Shown: piece by piece, positions 17,441 to 27,922 of the stretch
Position numbering within the stretch: position 1 is the first letter of the stretch
Layout of the letters: every line of letters starts with the position of its first letter
Source of the DNA: Eubacteriales bacterium
GTDB lineage: Bacteria; Bacillota; Clostridia; Oscillospirales; CAG-272
Length of the DNA: 48,034 nucleotides
Assembly (NCBI GenBank): GCA_045123975.1
Contig: JBGVKV010000007.1
Span: 1 to 48,034, forward strand
Direction: 5' to 3'
Program-made: the position numbers and the translations under genes
The notes under the pieces: model-generated
What the model was told of the DNA's origin: nothing
What the model saw: only the letters and a program-made list of their open reading frames with translations
Database searches by the model: none

Positions 17441-19453
17441 TCAGGATGCACTCCCGCAGTAATAGTCAAAGAGCCACTGATTTCGCATCTTCAGCCAGTT
17501 TTTCAAATACGCAATTTCCCCCTCGTAGGTGCCGTCCACCGGCTTGTGCTCGTAAAGGTTATATGCTTTTTTGATACTCCACAGGGTATAGTTCCGCTCA
17601 ATATCCTCGCGGCATTCCATGAGCAGGCCATCGATTTTGTTCCCACCCAGATCGTTGTCCTCATACAGATTGACGATCACCGGCTGTAATTCTCGGTACA
17701 GATTGCTGACAAGCTGCGTGAACTCCTCGTACCGGAACAGATACTGATTGAAAAGGCTGACGCAATACAGTCCCTCGTAGGACTGGCCGGAGCCGCCCAC
17801 GTTATTGTATGCCTGGTAATAAGAGAAGGAGCAGTTGCCCGAACTCAAGTCAAAGTCCCAGACGGGGCCCTCGTACAGCTTATTGTCCTTCACGTAAAAA
17901 CGGGTGCTGCTGACGGAATAATCCACGTTTTTGAACAGCTCTTCCACAATATAGCACCGGGCGAAGGACTCCACGTCTATGTATTCCGTAACCTTACCGT
18001 AATCCCCCGACAAAAGGGCGTTTTCCGCATCGCTCATAAAGCTTTTCAGCCACGCGCGCTGCTCCTGCGTGGGCGGATCCGGTTCGTTGTATCCCAGAAC
18101 GATCTTCAATACGGGTGTCGTCAGTGTATAGGGATTGGAATATCCCGCATAGGGCTCCAGCTCCATCAGATACTCGTTATCTTCCGTATCAATATCCACC
18201 TGGGTAGAGCTTACGTCCACCGGCTCGCAGATCTGGTACAGCCCCCGGTATTCCCCGTTGAAATACACCTCGGCAAAGCAGGAATTCGACGTATACGTTA
18301 GCCCGGCATCCCGGGCAAAACTATAGGCAAGTGTGTTGCGCAACTGGGTCTTGTCGTACAGATTGGCAAGCAGATTCCACTTCTTCCCCTTGCCCAACCC
18401 CAAAAGCTCCACCTTGGAGTCAAATTTGATGTTATACGGCGTCTTTTCGCCGCCGGAGGTGGAATGCCCCCGGATCTTGATGGTGGATTCCGTATCGTAA
18501 ACGTCGTCGTATACGCCGCTGGGATCGTGCACGGTGATCACGCAGGAAACGTAGGAGCTGCGCTTCAGGGTATTCTCCGTGGTTATGTACACCTGCGGAA
18601 GCGATGACTCCGACAAAGGCGGCTCGGTCTGCCCCAGAGGGATTACGCGGATCCGCCGATCCCCGAAGGGATTTTCATATGCATCTCCCACCACACCGGA
18701 AAGAGAATCGGTGACGTACGATACCAACGCCTCCCGATTGGTCACGGCACTCTTCTCTGCCCGGGCATTGTCTCCCAGTATACTCGCAACCGTATGGGAA
18801 AAGGACTCACTGAAAGTGACCGTATACGTGGTCTCCGCCTGAAGCGGAGCACCGCCGATCTGCACGTCTTTCACACGGCGCTCACCGGATATTCCGGCAA
18901 AATTTCCCGCCTCGTCCGTTTCGGCTATGGGATTCCGGTTCATATCCAGCACAAGAGAGATCCCGCTCAGATGCAAATACTCGGAACTTCCTCGGGGCAA
19001 ATGCTGATAGTCAGCCTCCAGACAGTCCAGAATCTCCGCACCGGTAGCGTGGACGGTGATCAGATTGCACTCCACAGGAAGGGTGGCAAACACGTCCGCC
19101 ACGGTAATATCCCCACAGGAGATGCTGTCCCCGATTTCCCCCGCGCACACGATGGCCGCGTCTGAGAGAGCGGCACTGCGGTACGCATCGGCACACAAAT
19201 GCCCAAGATTGGTCTGTGCCGCAGAGAAAATGTATTTTTGAGTTTTTGGATCGTGGGTGATCAGATCGTATTCGCTCTTACCGATCACCGCGTCGTAATC
19301 GATAACCGGAGGGATCGCCTCTTCTGTCACGCTGTCCGAATCATCTGTTATATCCTGCGCGTTATCCACAGGGACGCCTGCCTGACGGAAGCATCCGCAA
19401 AGCAGGCAGGAAACTGTCAGAAAAAACAGCAAAACAGCCCATGCTCTTTTCAA
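17441..19453 (-). CDS. Lipoprotein: 5'-nucleotidase C-terminal-like domain fused to a CotH kinase domain
   Basis: Lipobox LCGC. TNLG.L.ADA...GDIT..DV...LP...TG.EI...LE (5'-NT C-domain), then KIRG.ST, YNIKF, KW.LLAN..D...LRN, Y.GLY...E, GPVWDFDLS.GN (CotH). TTG start after GGAGGTG. Confidence 0.85.
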   Translation of the reverse strand: MKRAWAVLLFFLTVSCLLCGCFRQAGVPVDNAQDITDDSDSVTEEAIPPVIDYDAVIGKSEYDLITHDPKTQKYIFSAAQTNLGHLCADAYRSAALSDAAIVCAGEIGDSISCGDITVADVFATLPVECNLITVHATGAEILDCLEADYQHLPRGSSEYLHLSGISLVLDMNRNPIAETDEAGNFAGISGERRVKDVQIGGAPLQAETTYTVTFSESFSHTVASILGDNARAEKSAVTNREALVSYVTDSLSGVVGDAYENPFGDRRIRVIPLGQTEPPLSESSLPQVYITTENTLKRSSYVSCVITVHDPSGVYDDVYDTESTIKIRGHSTSGGEKTPYNIKFDSKVELLGLGKGKKWNLLANLYDKTQLRNTLAYSFARDAGLTYTSNSCFAEVYFNGEYRGLYQICEPVDVSSTQVDIDTEDNEYLMELEPYAGYSNPYTLTTPVLKIVLGYNEPDPPTQEQRAWLKSFMSDAENALLSGDYGKVTEYIDVESFARCYIVEELFKNVDYSVSSTRFYVKDNKLYEGPVWDFDLSSGNCSFSYYQAYNNVGGSGQSYEGLYCVSLFNQYLFRYEEFTQLVSNLYRELQPVIVNLYEDNDLGGNKIDGLLMECREDIERNYTLWSIKKAYNLYEHKPVDGTYEGEIAYLKNWLKMRNQWLFDYYCGSAS

Positions 19454-19499
19454 GAAAATCACCTCCGGACGACAGATTCCGCTAAGGAAATATATTACA

Positions 19500-19528
19500 A
19501 TTGTACACTTTTTCCCCTATACTGTCAA
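19500..19528 (-). promoter_or_regulatory. Sigma-A promoter for the CotH-EEP pair
   Basis: TTGACA-N17-TACAAT. Confidence 0.7.
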
Positions 19529-19564
19529 GGGAACCCACCGGCAAAGCGGGCCAGGACATTGGAA

Positions 19565-19602
19565 AAAACACCAAAAGAGCCGCCGGGCTCTTTTGGTGTT
19601 TT
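19565..19602. terminator. Terminator at the end of the pel / c-di-GMP operon
   Basis: AAAACACCAAAAGAGCC-gccg-GGCTCTTTTGGTGTTTT, 17-bp stem. Confidence 0.85.
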
Positions 19603-19629
19603 GGGTTTTCCAAACGTCGCAAGCACACT

Positions 19630-21186
19630 TCAGTTTCGAACAAGCTTCATGCTTTCTTTGTTCATGTACATGGCCTGATCTGCCTTGGCAAATACATCCG
19701 TGTATACACGGTCAATATCCGCGCTGAACACAGCCACACCTCTGGCAATGGATACCGATACGTTCTCGTCATGGACGGTTACGTAATCATCGGAAAATGT
19801 GGAATCCATCCGCTCAATGAGAGCACGGTGTCGCTCTAAATCCTTACCTCTCAGGATCACGACAAATTCATCTCCGCCGATACGATATGTGGAGCTTGTC
19901 TTAAATGTGTCCGTCAGGATCTTTGCCGTATGGATAATCAATTCGTTTCCTACATCATGACCGTATGTATCATTTGTCTTCTTCAAATTATTAATATCGG
20001 CAACAAGCACACCAAATTCCGGATTGCTGAGATTTATCTCCTTGTCCAGTGCCTCAATCACCTCCGTATAGGCGGTACTGTTCTTGATGCCAGTCAGGGA
20101 ATCTCTGTACGCGAGCGCATTGATATACGTGGAATATTCGCGAATCTTATCATATGTATCGCTCAGTACCCGGGAAAGAATTCCCACCTCATCCTTCGAA
20201 TCCACAATAAGGTCTACATCCTGTACACCGGATGAAATCGTGGCAGCCGCCGCTGTCAGCTGTTTCAGCGGGGTAACGATCTTGTGCGTTACCCAGAACG
20301 TGTACAATAGCGCCAGCGTAAATACGATCAAAAAGGCAGTAATTATATTGGTAAGCATGGGACGTATGCCCTTCTGGATATCCCTGTAAGCTGCACGAAG
20401 TTCCAGGTTCATCCCGTTTTTCAGGGGCGCGGTTGCTTCCGCATACTCTTCATCAATCGAGGTGTTCTCGGAGGGATTATAGCAAATATTCTTGTCACCG
20501 CTGAGAAGAATCGCGTGACCGGAATCGTACACCGTAATGTCATTTACCAGACCAAGCAGATAGTTAAAATCCATATTGAAGCCAAGGAATCCCACGAAAG
20601 TGTTGTCCTTATACAACGGCGCCAAACAGGATACAACCGTATCGTCGGGGGCAAAGGTACTCTTACGGGGCTGCAGCCACATGTTGCCGGATCCGACAAC
20701 ATCAAATCCGCATTCCTGAATAAACTTCGCGTTGAAAAGATCCAGCGTAGCGAATTCCTCTTTCGTCAGCTCGTACACGCCGTTGTCCTTAAATTTCGAG
20801 TAAAATCCGGTCGTAACGCCGCCCGTTACCTCCGGCGAGAAGCAGAGGTAGTATGCGGTGGTTCCGGCGGTATTCAAAGCCACCTCGTCGAACAGATAGC
20901 GTACATTCAACATGTACTCGTTGAGATAGTCCTCGTCTTTCAGCGCCTCTGCGCTGCGAAGCATATGCTTGGCATAATGCTCCATAATATTCGCAGACTG
21001 AATAAAGTCGTTCAGCATATCATTGATCTGCGCGGCTTCCTTCTGAGATACGTTATTCAGTATTCGATCTGCGTCTGTGTGCATAATTTCGTGTGTTACT
21101 GTAACCGCAATTGTTGTAACCAGTGCTGTAATGACCAAAAGCGCAGCAATTACAACCAGCAGTATTTTGCTCTGGATTGTTCTCAT
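19630..21186 (-). CDS. Membrane sensor diguanylate cyclase (Cache-like, HAMP, GGDEF)
   Basis: Two TM helices, HAMP (PLKQL...DEVG.L), DSLTG..N, DINNLK.TND.YGH..G, YRIGGDEF, AD.AMY..K. Confidence 0.93.
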   Translation of the reverse strand: MRTIQSKILLVVIAALLVITALVTTIAVTVTHEIMHTDADRILNNVSQKEAAQINDMLNDFIQSANIMEHYAKHMLRSAEALKDEDYLNEYMLNVRYLFDEVALNTAGTTAYYLCFSPEVTGGVTTGFYSKFKDNGVYELTKEEFATLDLFNAKFIQECGFDVVGSGNMWLQPRKSTFAPDDTVVSCLAPLYKDNTFVGFLGFNMDFNYLLGLVNDITVYDSGHAILLSGDKNICYNPSENTSIDEEYAEATAPLKNGMNLELRAAYRDIQKGIRPMLTNIITAFLIVFTLALLYTFWVTHKIVTPLKQLTAAAATISSGVQDVDLIVDSKDEVGILSRVLSDTYDKIREYSTYINALAYRDSLTGIKNSTAYTEVIEALDKEINLSNPEFGVLVADINNLKKTNDTYGHDVGNELIIHTAKILTDTFKTSSTYRIGGDEFVVILRGKDLERHRALIERMDSTFSDDYVTVHDENVSVSIARGVAVFSADIDRVYTDVFAKADQAMYMNKESMKLVRN

Positions 21187-21226
21187 TATATATGCTCCTG
21201 AATGTCCTTGCTTTTATTGTATTGTC

Positions 21227-23317
21227 TCAGACCGTATCCACTCCGGCAAGGAGTCGATGATATCCCTCGAGTACGATTTTTCCGTGATCGTCCCGGACGC
21301 GTATTCCGCTGCTGCGGACACCGACTTCTCCCAGCGTGGGATGGTTCCACCGATATTCAAGCTGTAACGCTTTTCCACAGCGGATCATCTTTCGGACAGC
21401 TCGGCGGACATAGGAAACATCGTCCGGACAAATCCGGCTGTACCAGTAATCGTAGCACTCCTTCGGTGACAATTCCCGGGTCAATCCGAGCACTCGCTCC
21501 ATAACCTCGTCCGCGTACATTTCAAAATAATATTTTTTCATATCCATGCGAACGATCCACAAGCCAACGTCATTTTCATGCAGAATATTTTTGGGATCAA
21601 AGTGAATACCGCCGTGCTGCTCTTTATACCGATATATATTCTCCAGAGCTTCCAGCCTCGTTCTGTACGCATCGGATGAATTTTGCATATATTTCTGCTC
21701 AATATCCTCCACGGTGCAAGGACGGTCAAACAGATATCCCTGATAGTAATCCGGCTGCAGGGGCTCGAGAACAGACAGTTCCCTTGCTGTCTCCATACCC
21801 TCACAGCAGGCAGTTATAGCATTGTTCTTTGCAAATTCAATCACGTTGCTGATGAGGCGGTAATTGTAAGAGTTCTTTTCAATTTCCGATACAAAGCTGC
21901 GGTCGATTTTAATCTCATTGACATCAAGCTGTTTCAAATATCCAAGGCTGGAATAACCCGTTCCGAAATCGTCAATGGCGAATCGGACACCGTAGGATTT
22001 GATGTACTTGATAATGTCGTAATAATGATGATTCTGATTCAGCTGAACCGATTCGGTCAGCTCCACCGTAAGAGCATCTCCCGGAAGCTGCACCGCTTTA
22101 AGCGCATCCACAATCTTTTCTCCGATCCGGTGATCCTCAAACTGTACGGAGGAAAAATTGACCGCCACATGAAGATCGGGAATACTTTTCCGCCATTTCT
22201 TACACTGGGTAAGAGCTGTGGAGAGCACCCACATACCGACGGGATCGATCAATCCGGTCTGCTCAAGCAGAGGAATAAACTCATCGGGGAAGACTCGGCC
22301 TCTGGCCTTGGAATTGTACCGCAGCAACGCTTCCACGCCGTAAAGCTCGTAGCTTCCGCTCCGGATCTGAGGCTGATAATACACCTCAAATCCCACGAAA
22401 TCATTCTGTATGCTTTTCTTAATATCTTCAAGAAGGATCTGCTCGTTTATTCTTTTTGCGATCTCCTCCGAGGAGAAGAACACAACGCCACCGCCCACAT
22501 TCCGCATCGCATTCTGCAAGGTGATATTGGCGGAATCCATAAGCTGGGCTGCATCAATAAAAACGCTGTTGTCAATGGGAACAACGCCCGCGAAAACAGA
22601 ACATTTTTCCATCATCTCACCGCAGATCCGGCCGTAAATTTCCTCTGCTGTTCCGTTATCGCAGTCACTTATAATGAGTGCGAAATCATTGTTGTCCACG
22701 TGATAGGACTCTTCAATGCAGGGGATGTCTTCCAGAATGTTGGCCATCTCACAGAGCAGTTGGTTTCCGAAGATTCTGCCGTGGCTCAAATTGATATCCG
22801 AAAGGGTGGGAATGCCCAACAGCATCAGCCAGCCTTTGCCGGACGCAAGCCTGTTTTTCAAATCCTCACGAAGCTTGGTCTTATTCCAAAGTCCGGTGAC
22901 AGGATTGAAAAGATGGCGCAGCGCCTCCTCGGACAAGCGGCCGATCATCACATACGGGGCACCGTTTTCATCGTGCAATACCTTTCCGCGGGAATTGACC
23001 CAAACAGTTTTGCCACCCACATTGATCATACGGAAATCTATATTGTGGGAGTCTTTTTCTCCCCGGCAAATCTTTTCCACATCCGCGACAAGGGCAGTCC
23101 GGTCTGCCGGGTGCACAATGGACAGAATCTCCTCGAATTTTCTTGTCTCACTCTCCGAGTTGCCCATTTTGAATACATCATAGATATTTTCAAAAAACTG
23201 AAGCTGGTTGTTTGGAATATCATACATATACAAAAAGTCATCCGTTGTCTGATTGATCGCTTCCAAATACCTTTTGATGGCGGAAAAATCTTTTACCGCA
23301 TCCAATAATTTATCCAT
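21227..23317 (-). CDS. PAS - degenerate GGDEF - EAL - PAS c-di-GMP phosphodiesterase
   Basis: VHPAD PAS motif. GGDEF site degenerate (HVDNNDF). YQPQ, EALLR, ELTES, DDFGTGYSS, KIDRSF, EGME and QGY are intact. Confidence 0.9.
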   Translation of the reverse strand: MDKLLDAVKDFSAIKRYLEAINQTTDDFLYMYDIPNNQLQFFENIYDVFKMGNSESETRKFEEILSIVHPADRTALVADVEKICRGEKDSHNIDFRMINVGGKTVWVNSRGKVLHDENGAPYVMIGRLSEEALRHLFNPVTGLWNKTKLREDLKNRLASGKGWLMLLGIPTLSDINLSHGRIFGNQLLCEMANILEDIPCIEESYHVDNNDFALIISDCDNGTAEEIYGRICGEMMEKCSVFAGVVPIDNSVFIDAAQLMDSANITLQNAMRNVGGGVVFFSSEEIAKRINEQILLEDIKKSIQNDFVGFEVYYQPQIRSGSYELYGVEALLRYNSKARGRVFPDEFIPLLEQTGLIDPVGMWVLSTALTQCKKWRKSIPDLHVAVNFSSVQFEDHRIGEKIVDALKAVQLPGDALTVELTESVQLNQNHHYYDIIKYIKSYGVRFAIDDFGTGYSSLGYLKQLDVNEIKIDRSFVSEIEKNSYNYRLISNVIEFAKNNAITACCEGMETARELSVLEPLQPDYYQGYLFDRPCTVEDIEQKYMQNSSDAYRTRLEALENIYRYKEQHGGIHFDPKNILHENDVGLWIVRMDMKKYYFEMYADEVMERVLGLTRELSPKECYDYWYSRICPDDVSYVRRAVRKMIRCGKALQLEYRWNHPTLGEVGVRSSGIRVRDDHGKIVLEGYHRLLAGVDTV

Positions 23318-23981
23318 GATACTCTCCGTTGTACTGAATCAGCGTGGAATCTTCCACACCGTCAATGGCACGTATTTTTTCCATGAAAAATGTATCGTTG
23401 TTCTTACAGAAGACCTCAATGGCCATTTCGGTCTTTTCTTTGCGCAGAGTCTTGGATTTAATGAAATACCGGATCTTACCCAGGGTACGGATAACGTTGT
23501 CCCCGGCCTCATCGCCCGTATAGTGCACCACCAGGATATAGATTCTTCCCTTCTGCTGCTTGTGATAGAACAGAACCACCATCACCGTCATCACCACGGC
23601 GGCAACGACCACCAGGACGTACATACCGGCACCGGCGGTAATACCGGTTGTGATGGCCCAGAAAAGATACAGAAGGTCCAGAGGATCTTTAATAGCGGTA
23701 CGGAACCGAACGATGGACAAAGCGCCGACCATACCCAGCGATATCACGATGTTGGTACTGATAGCCAGCGTAACCATAGCGGTAAGTACCGTCATACCCA
23801 CAAGGGTAACCGCAAAGCTGCGGGAATAAATGACACCCGTATAGAATTTCCGGTAAACAAAATAGATAACCGCACCCATGATCAATGCCGTAAGAAGGCC
23901 CAGCGCGGCGTTGGTGATACTGACACCGTCAAACACACCGGATTCAAGGATGGATTTTTTAATCAAGTCCTGTACACTCAT
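23310..23981 (-). CDS. DUF4956 domain membrane protein
   Basis: Y..FY.GVIYSRSF, ISLGMVGALSIVRFRTAIKDP.D..YLFWAI..GI..GAG. Confidence 0.9.
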   Translation of the reverse strand: MSVQDLIKKSILESGVFDGVSITNAALGLLTALIMGAVIYFVYRKFYTGVIYSRSFAVTLVGMTVLTAMVTLAISTNIVISLGMVGALSIVRFRTAIKDPLDLLYLFWAITTGITAGAGMYVLVVVAAVVMTVMVVLFYHKQQKGRIYILVVHYTGDEAGDNVIRTLGKIRYFIKSKTLRKEKTEMAIEVFCKNNDTFFMEKIRAIDGVEDSTLIQYNGEYHG

Positions 23982-23995
23982 ACTCTTTCTCCCTA

Positions 23996-24718
23996 TCAGT
24001 TCTCATACCAGTATTTGAAGCTGTTCATATATTCCGTTTTTTCATAACAGAGGACGTACTTGGATACGGCGGTAAACTCGGATGCTCTGTCCGGCAGCAA
24101 ATCACGGACGAAGCGAGGCAAAAACTCCGTATATTTTACCTCCATTACGCACTTGCCCGGTTCAAGCACGGGCAATGCCGGAAGCGTATCGTCAAATATG
24201 TCGAAGCTGCCCACCGCAGCGCGCACATCCATATCGAAGGTGATGCGTACCGTTCCCGCATCCAGAATCCACGGCTCGCGGTCGTAGTCAACGATCGTAC
24301 GGGGGCGAAGCACATTGCTGACGCACTCCACGTAAAATTCCCGGCAAAGCGGCTGATTGCTGTGCAGCAAAAATTCGTAATCCCCGTCCAGGATTTTGTA
24401 AACCTCGTCTCTTGTCAAGGAGGCGGATTCTTTGAAAATATAACTGCCGAATTTCTTTTTTCGCTCCAGCTTAATGCTCTTGTCCGAGCAGTTGTAGATG
24501 CGGATGCGATACTTTTTTCGCTCAAGCACGCCCGCATCCTTTTCCTCGTACGCGGTATGGAAATAATCGTCAAAATACAGACTGCGGAGCATATATCCGC
24601 CGTTTTGCGCATGCTTGTCCAAGGTGAGAAGCGGAGGAAGTCTTCGACAAATATACTCCTTCTGCGCCGTATCGATCAGGTACTTCCACTCATGTCTGTA
24701 CTTCTCATTTTTCGACAT
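23996..24718 (-). CDS. VTC (polyphosphate polymerase, CYTH-like) domain protein
   Basis: YRHEWKY, RSLYFD, RKKYRIRIY, KLERK.K, VDYDRE, VRITFD, MEVKY, SKY. Confidence 0.9.
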   Translation of the reverse strand: MSKNEKYRHEWKYLIDTAQKEYICRRLPPLLTLDKHAQNGGYMLRSLYFDDYFHTAYEEKDAGVLERKKYRIRIYNCSDKSIKLERKKKFGSYIFKESASLTRDEVYKILDGDYEFLLHSNQPLCREFYVECVSNVLRPRTIVDYDREPWILDAGTVRITFDMDVRAAVGSFDIFDDTLPALPVLEPGKCVMEVKYTEFLPRFVRDLLPDRASEFTAVSKYVLCYEKTEYMNSFKYWYEN

Positions 24719-26468
24719 AAATATCCTCCACGATCTGTCCGTTTTCATCAACGTAGAAGCATTTTGTGCCGTAGACCTTGCCTTTGTTCGTTATATAACA
24801 GTCAAAGGCAGTCTGGGTTTCACCGCCGGCATCCGTGGCAATCACGCGCATGAAGTACTGGCCTGCCTCAGGCAGCTGGAACTCCGTTGTGGGAATCCGC
24901 AGCCCGGTCTTTTTCACGATTGGATTCGAAAAGGTATACTCATCTGCCAGTTCAAAGGAATACGTCACCGTCTCCGCATCAAACGTATAGGCGGTATCCC
25001 ACTGCACGCTGACAGTTTGTTCTTTGGCCTCGGGAACACCGATATAAAACGGCATGGGCTTTTCGTAGGACTGCTTGTAAACAGCATAATTGTTCTTCAC
25101 TTCCTCCACCAGAGAAGAAGCGACATAATCGTACTGTGCCGAAGTCAACGGTACGTGCTTTTTGTCAGGGCCGGAATACACGTAGGGCTTTAACAGTGCG
25201 GAATAGGTTTCCGCATAGGCTTCCAGCCGTCCATCCGTCAATTTTGCGTAAAGTGCATCTACCGCTTCCGACAATGCGTTACGGTAAAGCTCGGTCTGCA
25301 GACATCTTTGGAAAAGTACGTTTCCCCAGTAGTTGCTGACACCCCGCTCCCACTCGGCGTAATCACTTCTGCTGTGCAGAATATGCTCCGCTTCTTTGAA
25401 GGAGCCGTCCAGATCCCATGGTAATATATACCACCGCTCACTGTTGAGAGGACTGTATATGTAGAAGTTTCGGTTCTGCGTATCCACGTTTCCGATAAGC
25501 AGCTGAAACGCCATCCAATACGCCATATTTTCAACGTCAAAATTCTCTGCCAATATGGTTTCCATCGGAATGGAATAATCGTTGATCCTCTCCAACAGGC
25601 GTATCAGCTTCGTATGGTCGTCATCGCCCTTCACCTCAAGGATTTTCTCAAATGCCGTCAGATTGTAAGCGGGATCGTCCTTGAGAAGGACGGTATCTTC
25701 GTAGCGATAAAACTCGCAAAGGTTTATTTTGTACAGATGTCCCTTCTTGTCCAGTCCATGCCGCTCAAGGGCTGTCTTGTTCAGCTGCTCCACCTGCGTA
25801 TAGATACCGTAGTCCTCGAATTTGGCATCGGGACCGGCCGTTGTATCCTTCACGTACAGGCGGACGAACGTGGTGCGCAGACTCATCAGCTCATCGATCT
25901 CGGAAAGGAGATCGAAGCCCAGCTTATTGCGGAAGCGAAGTCCGTCGGTCTGATGCTTGTTCAGCGCGATGGTCTGCTGACCACGCCAATCGCCCTTGTT
26001 GTCCTTGATGCTGATCTTATAATTTTTCTGGGAATTCTTACTGGACGTCTGACCGCGAATCTGCACGGTACAGTTGGGAGCCACCTGGCCGTAGCCAAGC
26101 TCCCCCGGGATGAGGCCGTTTTCGTCCCCTACCTGGATGAGGCCGGCTACCTTATAACGCTCCACTCCCATCTCTTCATAATCGTACACCGAATAGGTAT
26201 TGATTTCTTCCCAGGTGTGATCGGTATTCTCCGCGGAATTGCCCATGGAAACCGTAAGATACATCGTTACGATCTCCGTGTTGTCCTGATTTTCATAAAT
26301 CAGATTCTTATCACGGATATGGATACTCTCCCCTGTCTGTATATCGTCTTTTTCAATGATTGTGCCAAGATTGCTGTTTATCGCAGGCTCAATCACATCG
26401 CTGCATCCACCAAGGCAAAGCGCAAAGAGAATGCCTGCACATATAAGAGTGACGGATTTCCTTATCAT
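24705..26468 (-). CDS. CotH kinase family lipoprotein
   Basis: Lipobox LGGC. IRGQTS, KNYKI, LNK...D....RNKL, YGIYTQVE, LYK, N.D....NFY.Y, LPWDLD. Confidence 0.88.
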   Translation of the reverse strand: MIRKSVTLICAGILFALCLGGCSDVIEPAINSNLGTIIEKDDIQTGESIHIRDKNLIYENQDNTEIVTMYLTVSMGNSAENTDHTWEEINTYSVYDYEEMGVERYKVAGLIQVGDENGLIPGELGYGQVAPNCTVQIRGQTSSKNSQKNYKISIKDNKGDWRGQQTIALNKHQTDGLRFRNKLGFDLLSEIDELMSLRTTFVRLYVKDTTAGPDAKFEDYGIYTQVEQLNKTALERHGLDKKGHLYKINLCEFYRYEDTVLLKDDPAYNLTAFEKILEVKGDDDHTKLIRLLERINDYSIPMETILAENFDVENMAYWMAFQLLIGNVDTQNRNFYIYSPLNSERWYILPWDLDGSFKEAEHILHSRSDYAEWERGVSNYWGNVLFQRCLQTELYRNALSEAVDALYAKLTDGRLEAYAETYSALLKPYVYSGPDKKHVPLTSAQYDYVASSLVEEVKNNYAVYKQSYEKPMPFYIGVPEAKEQTVSVQWDTAYTFDAETVTYSFELADEYTFSNPIVKKTGLRIPTTEFQLPEAGQYFMRVIATDAGGETQTAFDCYITNKGKVYGTKCFYVDENGQIVEDIYVEK

Positions 26469-27922
26469 TTTTTATGTCCCTCCAGTGTGTCTTCCAAAAA
26501 CTCGCCAAGTCTTGTAAATATACCCGATCGGTCCTCGCTTACAAGAGGCTGTACGGACAAAATATAGTAGGGCAAACGTTTCAGAAAGTAATTCAAACGA
26601 ATAACGGCTGCCGTGGCGAATACCAGCGCGGCCAGCAAAAAACCAAATCCGTAGTAGAGATTGGGAAAGAACAGGGAGACAACCGTAAATGACAACGATG
26701 TCACGGCAAATATCCCACTGGTTACAAAGGCACCCGCATAATCCGTGAGATAAAGCTGTATGAGAAACAGCATATTGCCGATAGCGTAAATGCCGTAGCC
26801 GACACAAAGCGTGCGGAAATATCCGCGCATAATCTCATTAAAGCCAAGCGGCAGCAGTTCCAATACGTATCCACCCAGAGCGATCACCACAGCTGTAAAC
26901 AGAAGCTGCTTCAGTGCCGTATAAAACAGCTCCGTCTTCAGCGTGCCGATCATTTCCTTCTCGGCTTGCTTTATGTTGTCGATGGTACCTTTGTCGTTGT
27001 AAAGACTGTAATGGTTGCGGTATTTGGGATAAAAATTCACCTCTACCGACACAACGAAATTCACCGTGGTCATAAGAGCCGTCATAAAGGCAAGTAGGGC
27101 AGGCACGTCATACCAAGGCGCACTGTAAAACAATCCGTGTACCCGCACGCCGATATCCGAGAACCACATAATTACGATATGGGAAAACATTCCGATATTC
27201 ATAAAGAGTCCGGAAAGGGCCAAAGGCCAAAAGCAATCCACCCATTTCAGGAAAGAAAAGGCACCCAGCGATGTATGGGGGAAATAGCGGTGCAGCAGAA
27301 TCACGTCCCACACAAGCATAACACCGTATCCCAGCGTCACCGCGAACAGCATGGCTTCCACGACGGGCAAACCCAGCCACAAAAGCAACGCCCCCATCAG
27401 CAGGCTTACCGCAACGGATGTAAGAAATGAGAGGAAGATTCCCTTATAGTCCTTGATTGCCGACAGAAAACCCATCGCATTCCACACGATGACAAGCTCA
27501 TTGAAAAGTATAAAGCACAGTATTCCCTGAGCAGGCGTCGCACCGGAAAAGCCAAGGAAAACGCCGTACAAAACGCTTCCGATGGCCATCATCAAAACCG
27601 TCGATCCCCAGAACGCGGGAAGTACCGCCCCTTTCTTTTCCTCAAACAGCATATCGGCCACGAATCTTGTGACCACCATGGAAAAGAAAGACGTCACCGA
27701 AACGGAGGCAAGCAGCGTGTAGGTGATCATGCAAACAAGCACTTCCCGTGTATGAAGATCGGTCTTCGCAATCCCGCAAAGCGTGGTAATACCAAGCAGC
27801 AGCAAAACGCCCAGAAGCATAGGTCCCGTGCAAATGACTGCCGCATATCCGTACGCCTTGGCGGAGTTCAAGACACCTTTTTTGGCAAATAACTTTTTCA
27901 ATTCGAAACCGATCCCGGCCAT
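26465..27922 (-). CDS. pelG: Pel exopolysaccharide transporter PelG
   Basis: MAGIGFELKKLF start, GPM.LG, TRFVAD.LF, YDVP, VEVNFYPKY. About 12 TM helices. Confidence 0.95.
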   Translation of the reverse strand: MAGIGFELKKLFAKKGVLNSAKAYGYAAVICTGPMLLGVLLLLGITTLCGIAKTDLHTREVLVCMITYTLLASVSVTSFFSMVVTRFVADMLFEEKKGAVLPAFWGSTVLMMAIGSVLYGVFLGFSGATPAQGILCFILFNELVIVWNAMGFLSAIKDYKGIFLSFLTSVAVSLLMGALLLWLGLPVVEAMLFAVTLGYGVMLVWDVILLHRYFPHTSLGAFSFLKWVDCFWPLALSGLFMNIGMFSHIVIMWFSDIGVRVHGLFYSAPWYDVPALLAFMTALMTTVNFVVSVEVNFYPKYRNHYSLYNDKGTIDNIKQAEKEMIGTLKTELFYTALKQLLFTAVVIALGGYVLELLPLGFNEIMRGYFRTLCVGYGIYAIGNMLFLIQLYLTDYAGAFVTSGIFAVTSLSFTVVSLFFPNLYYGFGFLLAALVFATAAVIRLNYFLKRLPYYILSVQPLVSEDRSGIFTRLGEFLEDTLEGHKK

